A stretch of DNA of 64,000 nt from the human T2T-CHM13v2.0 reference genome, Homo sapiens. Position 1 is the stretch's first letter. Each line of letters starts with the position of its first letter. The stretch lies in assembly GCF_009914755.1 (NCBI RefSeq), contig NC_060934.1, one strand, 5' to 3'. Positions 24,471 through 42,842 of the stretch are shown piece after piece. The notes below the pieces were generated by a model. That model searched no databases. It had not been told where the DNA came from and saw only the letters and a list, made by a program, of their open reading frames with translations. Both the position numbers and the translations under genes were made by a program.

Positions 24471-24534
24471 TCATAGGCTAGCAGGCTGTGTATGTGTGAA
24501 CTCGTTTATTCAGGATATGTGGTCTCCATCTTTT

Positions 24535-25008
<474 letters not shown>

Positions 25009-25124
25009 GGTCTCCATCTTTTAAACTTGGTCACTTCACACCGTGCACTTGTTATCATCCTCTAAACATTTGAGCTCATAACCCCGGAAGTTTTAATATG
25101 GATCCTTTTTTAAAAGCCTGCTTT

Positions 25125-27119
<1,995 letters not shown>

Positions 27120-28009
27120 AAAAGCCTGCTTTTAGAATTTAATATAGTATGAAGACTTTTTTATTTTACCAAATATTCTGCTTTGAAAAACATTAACGGC
27201 TGTCTACTGCTTTATCCCATGAGTATACCATAAACTTATTTGATCAGGCCCCTATTATTGGACATTTTGGGGTTTTTAAAACTATTTAACTAATATTGCA
27301 GTAGGGATAGTTATTCATAGTTCTTTACATCAAATTCTGGCTATTTCTTAGTGATAAATTTTTAAAAACAAAATTGCTGGGCTGAAAAACATAATATTTT
27401 CAAGATTTTTAATGTATTATACCAAATTTTCCTCCAAAACACTACCATAGTTTAATTTTCCTTTCCCTAAACCTTCTCTCACATTGAGCAGAAGGTATGC
27501 TTGTACTTTTTATTACATTTCTTTGTCACGAGTAAGGCTGATAATTTCTCTTACATTGCTTAACTGTAATTCTTTTGCTTATTTTTTCATTAAAAGTTAA
27601 TTTTTTGCTGATGTGTTTATGTTTCTCTTCCTTATTTACATAAGAACTCTTCTAAACCCTTTTGTGTCAAGTTTGTGGTATACTTTTTTCAAATTTGTTG
27701 GTAAGCTTTTTCTTCTGTTCTTGAAGTATTGACATGTGAATTTGATACAGTCAAATCTTTCTTTTTAAATTAGTTTTTCGTTTGAATGTATGCTCAGGAA
27801 AGCCTTCCATACCATAAGATCAGAAGAAGCTTATTTTTTCTTCTAATGCCAGATGGTTCTGTGTTTTACTTATTAGGTTGGTATCTGCTTCTCATTCTTT
27901 GAAGCAAACTTGAACTGGAGGTTTGAGAATCAAACAGATCTGGGGAGAGAGTCCTGACATTTCCACTTACGCTAACCTTTGGGAATTTTTGGAACCTCTT
28001 TGGGCTGTG

Positions 28010-28319
28010 GTTTGTTTTTTGTTTGTTTGTTTTTTTGAGACAGAATTTCACTCTTTTTGCCCAGGCTGGAGTGCAATGATGCGGTCTCGGCTCATCGCCA
28101 CCTCCGCCTCCTGGGTTCAAGCGATTCTCTTGCCTCAGCCTCCTGAGTAACTGGGATTACAGGCGTGCGTCACCACCCCCTGGCTAATTTTGTATTTTTA
28201 GTAGAGACAGGGTTTCTCCATGTTGGTCAGGCTGGTCTCGAACTCCCGACCGCAGGTGATCTGCCTGCCTCAGCCTCCCAAAGAGCTGGGATTACTGGCG
28301 TGAGCCACCACACCTGGCC
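28010..28319 (-). mobile_element. AluSp-like
   Basis: tttctccatgttggtcagg, gagtgcaatg, aactcccgacc; TSD tgggctgtg at 28001-28009/28320-28328. Confidence 0.93.
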
Positions 28320-28361
28320 TGGGCTGTGTTTTCTTTGTCCATTCAAAGTAAATTTCAACCA

Positions 28362-28798
<437 letters not shown>

Positions 28799-30359
28799 AA
28801 GAGACCTTGTCTCTTAAGAAACAAAACAGAATGAAACAACCTATGAGGGATACCTGGTGTCATAGAAAGTACTGAGCATGAGGCCTGGTGCATAGTAAAT
28901 GCTCAAAAAAAATAAAAGCAGTTTTATCTAGCTTCGTTCTTCAGAGTAACATGAGACTAGCACTTGAAGATCCAAGACCATTCTGAGTCAGTTTTCTTGC
29001 AGTAAACTCTTGGGCACCTTGATTTTTGGCTGTCTTCAGCTTAACCCCTTTCACTTGTAAGTCTCTAATTATCTAAAGCGTATGGTTGTGTTTTCACTTA
29101 TGCAGGTAGTTTATGTACCATTTATTGAAAGACCTCTTCCTTTCCTTCTGAACCATTGTTTTCCTTCTGTTCAGTCTCCAAATGTACCTTTCTCTCCTCT
29201 TTAGCCTTTGACTGACATTTCTGTGAAGCATTTTGTGATGTGCATTTAGAACACTACGTAAAAATAAACTGCATTGTGTTATTTAAATATTTAGAGGCCT
29301 TTGTAGCCTTGCAGGCTATTTTTAAAATGACCTTTAAAACCATTTGCAAAGAAGACAAAAGTAATGGGGGGAAAGCATAACCTTTTAATGTTTCCTTCAT
29401 TAGTGGCGTTCCCTACCTTGGATGCATTGCCTTGCTTTGATAGTTCATAATGTAGGATACATCAAAGACCCAAATAATGGAGAACAATGGGGACCAATTT
29501 TTTTAAAGCTGATTTTGCATTATTGCTGCTGCCATTAGGTGTCAGATGGAAAAGATCCCTTTCTTTTAAATAAGCTGGACTCATGATTGATTTTCTACGT
29601 GTGGTAGACCCCCTTGGTAATGCTGGTGTGTAAAGAAAGACCTGCTATGCATTCATATGTGAATTGGGCTTATCCGGTTTCCTACGACTTTGCTTTTGTA
29701 CAGCAAGTTTATTTTTGAGAGGAGAGAGTCAATCTGCGTTATATCTGACTCAATAATAACAAGAAACCAAGTTGCAGTAAGAGTCTGCTCTATTCCTTCC
29801 TTCATTCAGTCAATCCTCCGTTCACCATTTCTCCAAAACATACCAGTCCGTCTTTGACTGTATTTTGAGGGTCTGGACCCAGAACAGGAAGAGTCAACCT
29901 TCCAGAAACTTCTCTGATAAAGAAAAATGAGAGACAGAGGTCCAGGGCCACTGTGGAAAGCCAATGTTTGAAACCCTCAAAAGGCCCGAAACAAGAAGCA
30001 GCTTGCAGAGTAGGATTGGGGGATCTGCAAGGCCAGAGTGAGGTAGGAAGCAACCCACAAGGAGGGCCATGATTGCATTAAGAGCATAGTAGGCAAGAAA
30101 ACACAGGCAGCCAGGATGTGGTGTTGGGTAGATATGGTGCAGGCCAATTGGACAGACCTGCTTTTATTGATTTTAAAATGGAACCAGGGCTTAAGGAAGA
30201 TACTGCCCTCTTGGATCTTCGAGCATAGCTAGGGCGTATGCATGTGAGAAGTTAAATATTAGGACAAAACAGTCCATGGTGGATGCCAAACGACTGGACC
30301 GCCAATAAGCGCTGAAGGAGAAGGCCTTCATGGAAAGCCTTCAATGCCAGAGACTTTCT

Positions 30360-30680
30360 TTCCTTGCTTGATTTGCTTTGCTTTTTTTCTTTCTTTTTTT
30401 TAAACAGAGTCTCACCTGTCTTCCAGGCAGGAGTGCAGTGGCATGATCATGGCTCACTGCAACCTCAAACTCCTAGGTTCAAGTGATCCTCCTGCCTCAA
30501 ATTTCTGAGTAGCCAGGACTACAGGCACATACCATTCCGTCCAGCTAATTTTTAAATTTTTTGTCAAGACAGGGTCTCAGTATGTTGCCCAGGTTGGTTT
30601 CAAACCCCTGGGCTCAAGGATGATCTTGCCTCGGCTTCCCAAAGTGCTGGGACTACAGGCGTGAGCCACAGTGCCCAGCC
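30360..30680 (-). mobile_element. AluJ
   Basis: gatcatggctcactgcaacctcaaactcc; agggtctcagtatgttgcccagg; TSD core gagactttct on both sides. Confidence 0.92.
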
Positions 30681-30789
30681 CACTGGAGACTTTCTATGCT
30701 CAAAACGAATAATAACGTTCCAACTCCGGGCAACTCAGTAAATTTTTTTTAATAAATTATGCTATGTGTTCATTAGGTTATAGATAGAT

Positions 30790-30915
30790 ACTTATTATTC
30801 TCATTTTACAGAATTGGAAACTAAGGTTTGGAGAAATTCAGAACCATATCTGCAGGCTCACAGCTGGTGTGTGATGAAGCAAGTTTTAAATCCAGGGCTA
30901 TCTGACCCTAGTTAT
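30790..30915 (-). mobile_element. MIR fragment
   Basis: tattattctcattttacagaattggaaactaaggtttggaga. Confidence 0.7.
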
Positions 30916-31024
30916 TTACCACCACATCACAAAACAATCTGAAAAACGGAATGTTTGAAAACCATGTGTGGTACATAGAATAATGCACCCCTCCCTCAAA
31001 GATGTGTGACCACAACCTAATTCC

Positions 31025-31585
31025 TCTCCCATCTTCCAGAGTGCCCCTACTATAGTCATTTTTATCCTTATTAGCAGCCAATGTGATGCTTTGAAAACAT
31101 AACTCAGATCAAGGATCTTCTGATCAAAACTGTCCAATGACTTCCCATCATATTTAGCATAAAATCTCGTCTTTAACGTGGTCCACAAGGCCTTTCATTA
31201 TCTGACCACTTATCCTCCAACCGTAATTTCTACCACTCTTCTTTACTTGCTCCTCTAAAATACCCAGCACACCCTTGCCCCAGGGTCTGTGTACTTGCTG
31301 TTTTCTTCTCCCAGATACGCACATGGCTCACTGGCTTCGTTCATGTGTGGCCTCTGCAGAAAGCGCTTTCCTGACCACCAGTCTAAAATAGCATCTTTCA
31401 TTTTCACCTTACCCTTCACTTATCACTAACTGACCTTATAGTCTATATTTATGGGTTTATTGTCTTTTCTTCCCACGAGAATGAAAAGTCCGTGATGTCT
31501 GGTCTGTTTTGTCTCTGCTGTGTCTCTAGCTCCTAAAACAGTGACTGACAAAAGGTGAATGTTCAAAAAATCACGAATGAATGAA
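31025..31585 (+). mobile_element. L2a 3' fragment
   Basis: gcagccaatgtgatgctttgaaaacataactcagatc...gtctctagctcctaaaacagtgactgaca...gaatgaatgaa. Confidence 0.8.
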
Positions 31586-31679
31586 TTTTTACAAATGTTT
31601 AATGTTTGATGTGAATTACATTAAGACAGTTAGTTGCAGACATTCATTTAAAGCATGGATATGCATTTGCAATATTCCA

Positions 31680-32055
31680 TCTGCTATGGGCACTTCCTAG
31701 TGCTAAGGCTTTAAAATATGCAAATATGAAGAAAGTGCAATCCCTTGCTTGCCCTCAAGGCATTTACAATCTAGTAAAGAAGACAAATTTCAATCGGTGT
31801 TGGACTGACAGGTGTAAGTTGTAGTAGACTCTGACATCTGTAATCATGTTGCAAGGATAGTTTTATGGGGATTCAGAGAAGGGAGCACTGTATCCAGTTG
31901 CTAGCATTAGGGAAACCTTCATTGTGGGGAGTGGGAGAGGTCATCTTTGGCCGCATTTTGGACAATGTGTAGCATTTTGATATGTGGGACTTAAGGGAAA
32001 AGCATTCTGGGTGAAAGGAACTGCTTAAACAAAGGTACAGAGGCAGAAAAGTCCA
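31680..32055 (-). mobile_element. L2 fragment
   Basis: gccctcaaggcatttacaatctagt; agcattctgggtgaaaggaactgcttaaacaaaggtacagaggca. Confidence 0.7.
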
Positions 32056-34944
32056 AGATGCTTTTCTAAAGAAAGATATTGACCACAGAGAAACCAGAGT
32101 CAATATTACCCCAATGACAGTAAATATTGAAGTTCAATAAAAACTGGTTGGCATATCTGCTATGCCTAAACAATTTTGCTAATATTAAGAAGGTTCTCGG
32201 CTAAAATTCTGACTCATCAATTATTTACTTTTTTTTTTTTTAATTTAAATGACTATTTCTATGGGGAATCTTTTGTAAATGTGTCTGGTCTAATTAATTT
32301 GGTGCCAACCAGGCACCAATGCCTTGTCGACTCTCTTTATTTACTGTGGTATGCAGTCACTTTTCTTAGTTGTTCCGTGCCTCATCCTAGGAAGTAGGTT
32401 TGTCCTGTTTGCTTTCATAAGCATGACTGGCCAGTAAAACCCTTGACCTTTAAATTAATGGGTAATACGAATTCATCTCATTCCATCATGAAACAAAGAT
32501 TCTCTGTATCAGATATTACTATTTATTAGTAAGACAAGGGGATGGGGGATGCCATGTGCTCTGAGGTATCACTATTAGTTAATGAGAATGGTCCACATTT
32601 TATCCTTCTTAGGAGTAATTTTTCTGAAGGGCATTGGGAAATTAAATAAACACATCTGAAATTGGATTTAGATTTTGATAGAGCAGAATGATTACAACTA
32701 GGGTCCCTTAGTAGCCTGGGGTTATTCAAATACAGATAAAGACAATACATTTCCATAAATTCTGAAGAAAACATGTGGCTGGAGTATGAGCCATATTTTT
32801 CTGAGTGCTGGGGTTGATGGCCATTAAAAATGAGAAGAACTGAAACATGCAGGCATTAGTTCCTCACATGACAGTTGCTCTAAATCACCATTTATAGAAT
32901 GCACTTTTTAATGTGAGCATTTCTAAAGTTAACATGAGCAATAGAAATGTCAAAAGTGAAAATTAAATCATTAATTCTAACATATTCCTTTCCTAATTAA
33001 GAATAATTACAGCAGGGGCTAGATTTTATTCACCCTTTGACCTCAACCTTGCTTGCTCAGTGCCTGGGACTTACTGTTTATTGAGCGAATGAAAAAATTT
33101 TTTTTATCAAATCTTTTGCTTAGGCAGGTCCACAAATGGCAGGGGGCATACCCGGGATATTGCTGAAAATGAGCAATTGATATGCAAGAGTTAGACAAAA
33201 TTCAGCTGAAGCAGTCCAGGGCTTAAATAATACTAGCTCAGAAAATTAAGATAGAGACTTATCAAAGCTTTCTTTCAGACTGATCCTTAAATGTTTTGAA
33301 ATGTTTATCTAAACCTCTTAAACTCTAAAATAGTTTTGATGCCTTTTGATAGCAAATTCTGAAATGCCTCAATTAATGTGAAGCCACAATTGATTATGTT
33401 TTTAATATACAAATATTGGTGCTAATGGATTTATAAGACATTGTGATGGACTTAGAATTGTAAGTCTTTACTATCAGGCAGCCTTTAGGAAGCAGCTACT
33501 AACATGTTTATAAAGGATGCATACACTGGGAAATTGTGGTCAAAATGTCAAACAGTAAAACAGCAGAGTTCAAGCTGGTTCACATCAATATTTATTTTAA
33601 TTTTGTAAACACTTATTTGGGTGATTTTTTTTATGAAAGCCTAAGCTTTAGAGAAACACCTTTATAGATCAATTTTTTAAAAGCATTTGGTCACATAGAA
33701 CTACTTGAAACTATTGTCCAAATAGCCTGCTAAAGCAGATGTGCTGCTTAATTTTTTTTAAACCCAGTGCATGATTGAAACATTTTCTGTGTCACCTAGT
33801 TATCTGTGGTCAGAAGTGTTTGTTGTTAATAATACTTTATTTTGAATTCATAAATGATTTGTGGAGATTCATGGAGTGGGTTCTTTTCAGGCTTCTAGTA
33901 ATTCATTGTATCGTTTGCCTAAATTGTATTACCATGCTGGCTGTATAACTGAGCCATATCGGGGGAACTGACTTGTTGAAGCTGGTTTGGGCCATGTGGC
34001 ATTGAAATTGCAAGCATGAGTATAACAAGCTAAACCCAAATGAAGTTGGACATTGCTAACTGGGAGCTTGTTGACAATGTGTTGAGATAAGAGCCTGTTC
34101 CCTTCAAGAAAGACTTGTCCCATAGAAGTCTTTTGATCCTGAGGGTGTGGGGCTGCCCTTGACCATTGATATATAGCAGAGGTAGGAAGGGTTTTGTTTA
34201 GTTTTTCAATAACATTCATTGCCTTTTTTTTCCTGAGTAGAAAAGTCATTATTTAATTTAATTTTGTTTTATGTTTTGTTTGTTTGGTTTTTAACCATTT
34301 CAGTAGTAATAGTAATAGTGATTTCCTTAGTTGTCATGATTTTTCCCAGTAGGTTTTTTTCCCTCATAGGAACTAAATACTGTTTTACTTCAAACTGAGT
34401 GCTTCACACTTTGGATCTCAAAATATATCCTAGGAATTTCCAAAATTTCTTCCCCTTGTATGGTATGCTCACAGATTTCTTAGATAGTCAAAAGGGGCAT
34501 TACATCCCAAGACCAGCTCAATGAATGACAAGAAAGAATAGCTTTCCATCATCCACCTTAGCAACCCACTCCCTCCCAATGCCTTCCCCATCCCCCACCC
34601 CACCCAAGCGTACAAGGCCTGGCTGTGTGCCTGGTTACCTGTAAAGGAGAAGAGCAGTTACTCTTGGTAGATGACAACACCCAGTAACAATAACAAAACC
34701 TTCATGAGCTCATCCCCCTTAGAAAGCAATTTAGTTAAGCCCACCTGGCTCACTGTTTCCCCCTGAGCATTTTCCTGTGTCCAGTGTGCTGTCTTTTAGG
34801 ATGTGAGGCTGTCAGTGCCAGATTCACATGCTTAAGAAATAAACTCATTTTTTTTCTTTTGGTTTGAGGGTTAACACAGGGTGGGGATACGAGTGACCCA
34901 GTAGACAGTGGAGACCGAGCCCTATGATCTGTTTTGTTAATTTT

Positions 34945-35182
34945 GCATAGTGGGTGCTCTGGAGCCACACTGCCTGGTTTTACATTTCAGCTGCCTCCAT
35001 CAACTAGCTGTGTTAGTTTGGGTATGTTATCCAACCTCTTTATGCTCCATTTTCCTGACTTACAAAATGGGGCTTGTAACAACTTCATGGGTTATTAGGA
35101 AGATACATGTAAACAGTTAAAGTTCATACGTGTAAAGAGTTACAACACCTAACACAAAGTCAGTGCACAATCAATTATGATT
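34945..35182 (+). mobile_element. MIR
   Basis: gctctggagccacactgcctggttt...actagctgtgttagtttggg...aaaatgggg. Confidence 0.8.
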
Positions 35183-36810
35183 ATGTCCTTGTTTCTCTAT
35201 CCTATTCTTCTCTTTCTTCCCCCTCTCTAACTCGCTCTCCACCTTTCTCTCCATTTTTGCTTTCTCTTGTTTCTATAAAGAATCTAAGATACACTAGGAT
35301 TAAAATAAGTATATGAGAAAATCAGTGTTCTTTGGGGCTTTCATATAACTTGAAACTCTTATACACTCATAAACTGCTAATGATTTTGCTTCCACACAAC
35401 CAGATGTATCTCTGGTTCTACACATCACCTCTTTCTCATGGAACTGTTTGGGCATATTCCTGTATACGAGTCTATTACTAGAAAACAAAGGAATAAATGA
35501 GGAGAAAATACTATGTGTAAGTTAAAAGCCAGAAGAGATATAAAACATTACATTTCTGATTCTTCATGTTTATTTTATGATCTGGTGACCTTGTCTAATT
35601 AAAGGCACATTTCTTGGTGTACAGCGGTGATCACTGAGTACAGTTTTACTCACTTAGGTAAATGAAGTATTACTCTCATTTAGAATAGGGTAATCAAATG
35701 TGTCATAGTGAACATTGTGTTTAAATATATAATTCTGTACATCTATCTCTGGATATTCTACCTCTCTTATATAGGCCTCTTTTGAAAATTTGTGCAGGAA
35801 AAATTAAAAAGTCAACATAGAATTCCTTTCGGTATACATTATAACCTTTTTCCCCACAGAGAGGTTATTTTTAGTTTCTGTTATGTCCCTGACCCTGACA
35901 ACGTAGCCAAACCAGACTTTCCATCCTGATCTTCCCCCACACTCGGCTCAATCTCCACAGGTTTTGCCCCTTCCAGGCGACCTTGTCCAGGAGTGTGACA
36001 AACCCAGGCCTGGCTCCTGGGGCAGAAAGAGGAAGAACGATATGTGTAGTGTCCCCTTGCCTTCCTTTCACCCCTGACGTATTTATCTGGGGAAGTTGAA
36101 CCACACTGTACTGTAAGAACAGTGTTGAGAGGGAAAGAAATTTACAGAAGAACCAACAAGTCACCTAAGAGGTAGAGGAAGAAAGGAAAATTGGTTCCTT
36201 CTACTTTTCCAGGGAGGGAGTAAATAAAAGGACAGGCTCATAGCTTTACTGTTTCTCCACTACAACCTTAGCTGCTTCTGAGCGTGTGCTGCTTTCAATT
36301 CCATGGATTCGCCTAACTCCAGAGACAGCTCTGTGCACACTGGAGGATCACCGCTCCCTCTCTCCACACCAGGAGTCTGTAACTCAGATATCTGGAGACA
36401 AGCAAGAAATGCCTTGTGTAAGACAGATGGAGTGAAAGACAGTAGGCATTTTCCTTGCAACTAAGGCCACTATCTACCTACCCACATCCAGCCGCCTGTG
36501 CTTGCAGCTCCATGTCATTCTTACCTCCACAATTATGATGGCTTAGAAGGGCCTTACAGGGAAAGGATGTGAGTAAAATAGGCCAGAGGTGGAACACAGG
36601 GGTATGGGAATTGGCACACACCCTGTCCCTAGAAAGGACAGCTGTGGTGGAGAGTGCATCTTAAGTTATTGGACCATCCAACTTTTCACACAAAGCTAGA
36701 AAATAGTATGTTCTCTTTAAAGTATCCAATTTTTAAAGCACTGTGTGAGTCAAACAAAACTCTTCAAACAAAACAAGACCACATGTAGTCTTTAGGCCAT
36801 TGTGTGCTAG

Positions 36811-37145
<335 letters not shown>

Positions 37146-37684
37146 TAACTCTTACCAGCTTGAGCATCAAGTCTTCATGCCCTCACCACCCGTGGTGTGC
37201 TGCTCCTCCCCCGAATTCCATAACCAGCATCCTTTACCACTCATTTGTCACTTACTGGTGCTTTTCCTCATTATTTCCAGGAAGTGGGGCAAGTCACCAT
37301 AAGACAGTTATGAGCTGTGTGAGGACAAGAACTAATGTCTGCATTTCCCCATCACAACTTTCTCATTGCCTTGTGCACAGCTGGGCCCAAGTAAATACCT
37401 ATAGATTTGTTGTTCTTTTTTTCAGTTACTCCTAGTACTTTCTTCATATTACATGTCTAGGACCATAGCTCAGCTGCCCACTAGTTAATGACACTTGAAC
37501 AGACACTTACATTTGTTTTATTAGTGACTGATGGCTAAGATGAGAATGGGAAAAGAACTAGAGGGAAGACTCACTTTTCTGTTTCCTTGTTAAATTTTGT
37601 CCTTTATGCTATTAAAATGAAATACTAGTTTTCACAATCAAATTAGCTTCCTATTTTTAAAGAACCTAGTCCTAGTGGCAACAG

Positions 37685-38192
<508 letters not shown>

Positions 38193-38239
38193 TTACAGCA
38201 CTTAAGACATCATTGTAATTGTTCACTGCACTGTACCCA

Positions 38240-38355
38240 CTCTACACCAACAACTCCAGGAGCAGAGACTGACTTTGTCTTATTCATCACAGTATCCTCA
38301 GTGCCTAGCACAGTGCCTGGCCTAAAATGGGAAGGTAGGAAAGATTTTCTGAATG
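38240..38355 (+). mobile_element. L2 3' tail
   Basis: gactttgtcttattcatcacagtatcctcagtgcctagcacagtgcctggc. Confidence 0.75.
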
Positions 38356-38374
38356 GAAAAGTATCCTACTGCCC

Positions 38375-38914
38375 CACTTCTATTACTTGTCCTTTGTTAT
38401 GAAAGAAATTACTCCAAAACTGAGATAATAAGCATTCATTTTGACACTGTGTCTTTGGGTCATGGATTCTTGAGTGGCATAGCCAGATGGTTCTGACTCG
38501 GTCTCTCGGACTCATGAGGTTATAATTAACTGTAGGCTGGGGCTGTAGTCATCAGCACACTTGACTGGGGCTGGAAAATCTGTTTTTAAGCTCACTCAAA
38601 TTGCTGCTGTCTGGAAGCCTTGTGCTTTTATTCCATCCCTTGGGCTTCTTCATAGGCAAGTATCCACATGGGCCTCTCCATAAGTGAGTGTTCTCACAAC
38701 ATGGCAGCTGACGTCTCTAAGAGAGAGTGTAGGTGAGAATAGCCAAGACAAAAGCCTTAGCATCTTTTATAACCTAACCTTGGAATTGACACCTCATCAC
38801 TTCCGCAGTATTCTTTTGATCACATAGACCAACCCTGATACAACGTGGGAGGGACTACATAAGGGTGTCTGCTCCCAAAAGGTATTGGGGGCCATCTTGG
38901 GGCTGGCTACCACA
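38375..38914 (-). mobile_element. MLT1H-like MaLR LTR
   Basis: ttactccaaaact...tcacaacatggcagctg...catcacttccgcagtattct...ttgggggccatcttggggctggctaccaca. Confidence 0.8.
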
Positions 38915-41354
38915 GAACTCTACTGTAAACCCTTTCTGTGACACAGACACTCACGTTACAGCTTCCTCCTTTGAAAAATTTTACTTTAAGCCTTTTAGAA
39001 TTTCTTAAAGAAGATACCCTTCCAGTAGAATTAGACAAGACTTCCACATCATTTACAGTGCTGTTACATACATGCATGCATACATACATATGCATATATA
39101 TATAGAAAACCAGCTATTTAAAACAGTGTATGCCTGATGTGATAAATAAAGTGCGATTTGTTTAAAAAGAACATTTATGGGGTTTTTGAGGAAGCTGTAT
39201 AAATAATTTGCCAAGGAAAAATGATACACAAAGCCTATGGGCCACTTGGACTATAGTTTTTAAAGTTTGTAGGTGTTAGTTCTTTTCTATATTTAAGTCA
39301 TTGAAATGACCACTTAAACCACATGTAGACATGTGGGCAAATATATCTAATCACTGGTATAATTATTTATTTCATGAAGGGGAAATAGGCCTTTTATATG
39401 ATGACCTTACAATAAGGGTCATTTTTATATTCGGAAAGATAAGCACCTGTCATTTTCTTGTTATTCTGAGGTCAGAGCCTACCACAGAGATTTTAATATT
39501 TGAAAACAATTCTATTCACTGGAATTTCAGCAGTTAAAATAATGATTTTCTTAAGATGCAGCATTCTGATGCACTATGTCTGACCTTTCTTGGTCAGGAA
39601 AATAACATCTTCAACATCTCTTGTTTCTTATTCTACTCTTTCCATATTGCTTGAAACTGATGTTAAATGATCAGGATGCTTTTTCACTTCTTTAGTATCT
39701 TAATTAGCATGTGTCTGTTCCTGTAGCTATCATGAGATGTAGCAGCTTTTGCAGTGACAATATCTTCAGTCAAATATTTGTACTTTAAAAATATTTTAAC
39801 AAAATGTATACTAGTAAAAATGAAGTTGGAAATCGAAATCTATAGAAATAATTATCATTGGAAAATGGTTTTTTGGTGGGATATATGGTTATGATAAAGA
39901 TTTGGTGAATCTTATTTTATTTCTATATCAGTACGTTTTAAGAAGTTCCTCTTATACTGTGCTGCTTAATCCTACCAAAAAGCTGGGCATATGCTTTGGG
40001 AAAGGATTAAGTGATGAGGTGTATTTTTGCTCTTTGAAGGAGAATTCATTAAAATAAGAACTCATTCTAAGAAAAGGAAGCAAGTAATATTGAACAAACA
40101 TTTAACATGGTTAAATTAATGAAGGTAGTCTTAGCTTTGGAACAAGATCATTAAAAATATGAAAAACTTCTTTTGGGTAGTTAAAAATCACTTTAAAAGT
40201 AATTACATTTGTAGTAATGATGAAGAGGATGGGGGAATAATTTGAGTGTAAACTCTGTGACGACAGGGATCAGATCTTGTTAATTTTCAAAGTCCTCTTC
40301 CTGAATCTAATACTTTTGAGTATAGTAGAAGACAATAAATGTTGAATGGATACATGAATGGTATGGTAGATTTTTATAATGTAATTATATGACCTTATTT
40401 CTGCATAGAAGCCATGTTTCTTGTTTTAGAAACATTCTATTTTTTAAAGTCTTTCTTCTGAATACTTTGTCATCATAAAATTATTTTAAGCATTTATCCA
40501 GTATGCATCCCTCCCTGACATATTATTACGCCCTCAATTTTAAAAAAATGAAATCACATTGGTGAATTAAATGTTCTGGGTTTTGTTTGCCAGATTCAGT
40601 GGTGCCTCATGGAGCAGCGGTCCCAAATCCATGTGGAAAGGGGTTTGCTGCTGAAGTCTCCATGGCCCTTAGGCAAATGGCTCCGTCCAGAATGGTACTC
40701 TGAATCTCACTTTTAAAAGGATAGGGAAGTTTTAGTCTTATTATCACAAAATAATGGCAGTTTATTCCTAGGCATTTTCAAAGACTGCACCCTGGCTTTC
40801 AAGTACAATATTTGCAGAAAAAAAAATGTGGTAAACACATAGGAAAAGAGAAACAGTGTGGTAAACAAAACACACAGGAAAAGAAAAAAAAATGAGGCGC
40901 ATTTAACTGGCCTTATTCCAGTTAAAATCATCTTCAGTGTTCAGGGGGAATCATAAAAATTATATACTTTTCCAGTCTTTTTTTTTTTTTCCTCAAGTTT
41001 TTTCAAGATGATCCATTTAGGACCACACTGTGGCAAAGCCTGTGGAAAACATGGGTGGCCCCAGGAGTGTCTGTAAGAGCTTCAAAGAAGCCAATGATGA
41101 GCTGTTGTTGCCCTAGGTAAAAGCCCCCAAAATCAATAATCTCTTGAGCCTTGTAATCTCATTTTCCTTTCAGAGGCATTTCCCAAACCAAAACACCAAG
41201 CAAAATGTGGCATAAAGTCAAAGAATCTTTGATTTGGAAAGGATCTTTGAAATCATCCAGTCCAATTTTTATCTCCTACTCAAATTTCTTTTAGACAGTT
41301 GACTCTAATATTATGACCTAATGAATAAAATAATTTTGCCAAAAGAAAAAATAA

Positions 41355-41767
<413 letters not shown>

Positions 41768-42541
41768 CTAGACTGTGTGGACTGTCCAACACGTGAAATG
41801 AAAATGTCTATCAGTTGTTGTCAGGCAGATTTTTGCTACTTTCTTAATACCAAATTTTCTTATGTTCACTGTAAAGAAACTTAGAGCTACTTTTAATCTC
41901 AGCCATTTGTAATGAGAGCTGTCCCAGCATGGTGACATTGACAAATCCTAATAATCTTTAGAAGAAACGACAATAGAGTAATGTTACTTGCTGTGGCCAA
42001 AGTCCAGCGGTTCTAGGGATGACTTGTGAATAAGATTTCTTGTCTCATTGGACCTAGGTAGAACAGAATAAAATGTATTATCTGTTGAGCTTGATTCTCT
42101 ACTCTTTTTATTGCCATTGTTTTTCATTGTTTTCATCATCATGCTATGTAGCAAGTAACTTGGAAGGACTTTTGGAAGGATTAGAAGTTCTGATTGATTG
42201 TCCATGCTTCCAATACGGCAGTTCCTTAAAAGCTCCCTGGTAATTTGGCAACATATTATTCTGATCACTTGTGTAAAATGTACTTGTGTATGATGACCTT
42301 TCTCAAACTACATGGTAAAATGAGGGTGAGGTTCAGTGGGAAGCTTGTTGAGTTCCTTAGAGGTCATCAAGATTATGCCATAGAAAATAATTAATTTTTA
42401 ATGTCAGCACCTAAATTGATGTTTTTCGCATATAAAAACCAAATCTAGAAAGAAAAGAAGAAGAAAAAGTGAGTTTTGCTAATTGCAAAATCTGACAAAA
42501 TAGTCACCTTTGGTAAAGCCCATTTGGTGAGAAAGGTAATT

Positions 42542-42842
42542 TTTTTTTTTTTTTTTTTTTTGTGACGGAGTCTCGCTCTGTCGCCCAGGCTGGAGTCCAG
42601 TAGCGCTATCTCAGCTCACTGCAAGCTCCATCTCCTGGGTTCACGTCATTGTCCTACCTCAGCCTCCTGAGTAGCTGGGACTACAGGCGCCTGCCACCAT
42701 GCCCAGCTAATGTTTTGTATTTTTAGTAGAGACAGGGTTTCACCATGTTAGCCAGGATGGTCTTGATCTCCTGACCTCGTGGTCCGCCCGCCTCGGCCTC
42801 CGAAAGTGCTGGGATTACAGGCGTGAACCACCGTGCCCAGCC
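42542..42842 (-). mobile_element. AluY
   Basis: gcaagctcc, gttagccaggatggtc, tgacctcgt; TSD tgagaaaggtaatt at 42528-42541/42844-42857. Confidence 0.96.

Noticed and set aside
31500-31760. Tail-to-tail L2 pair as a miR-28/151-type hairpin
   Set aside because: No extended complementarity across the junction by eye
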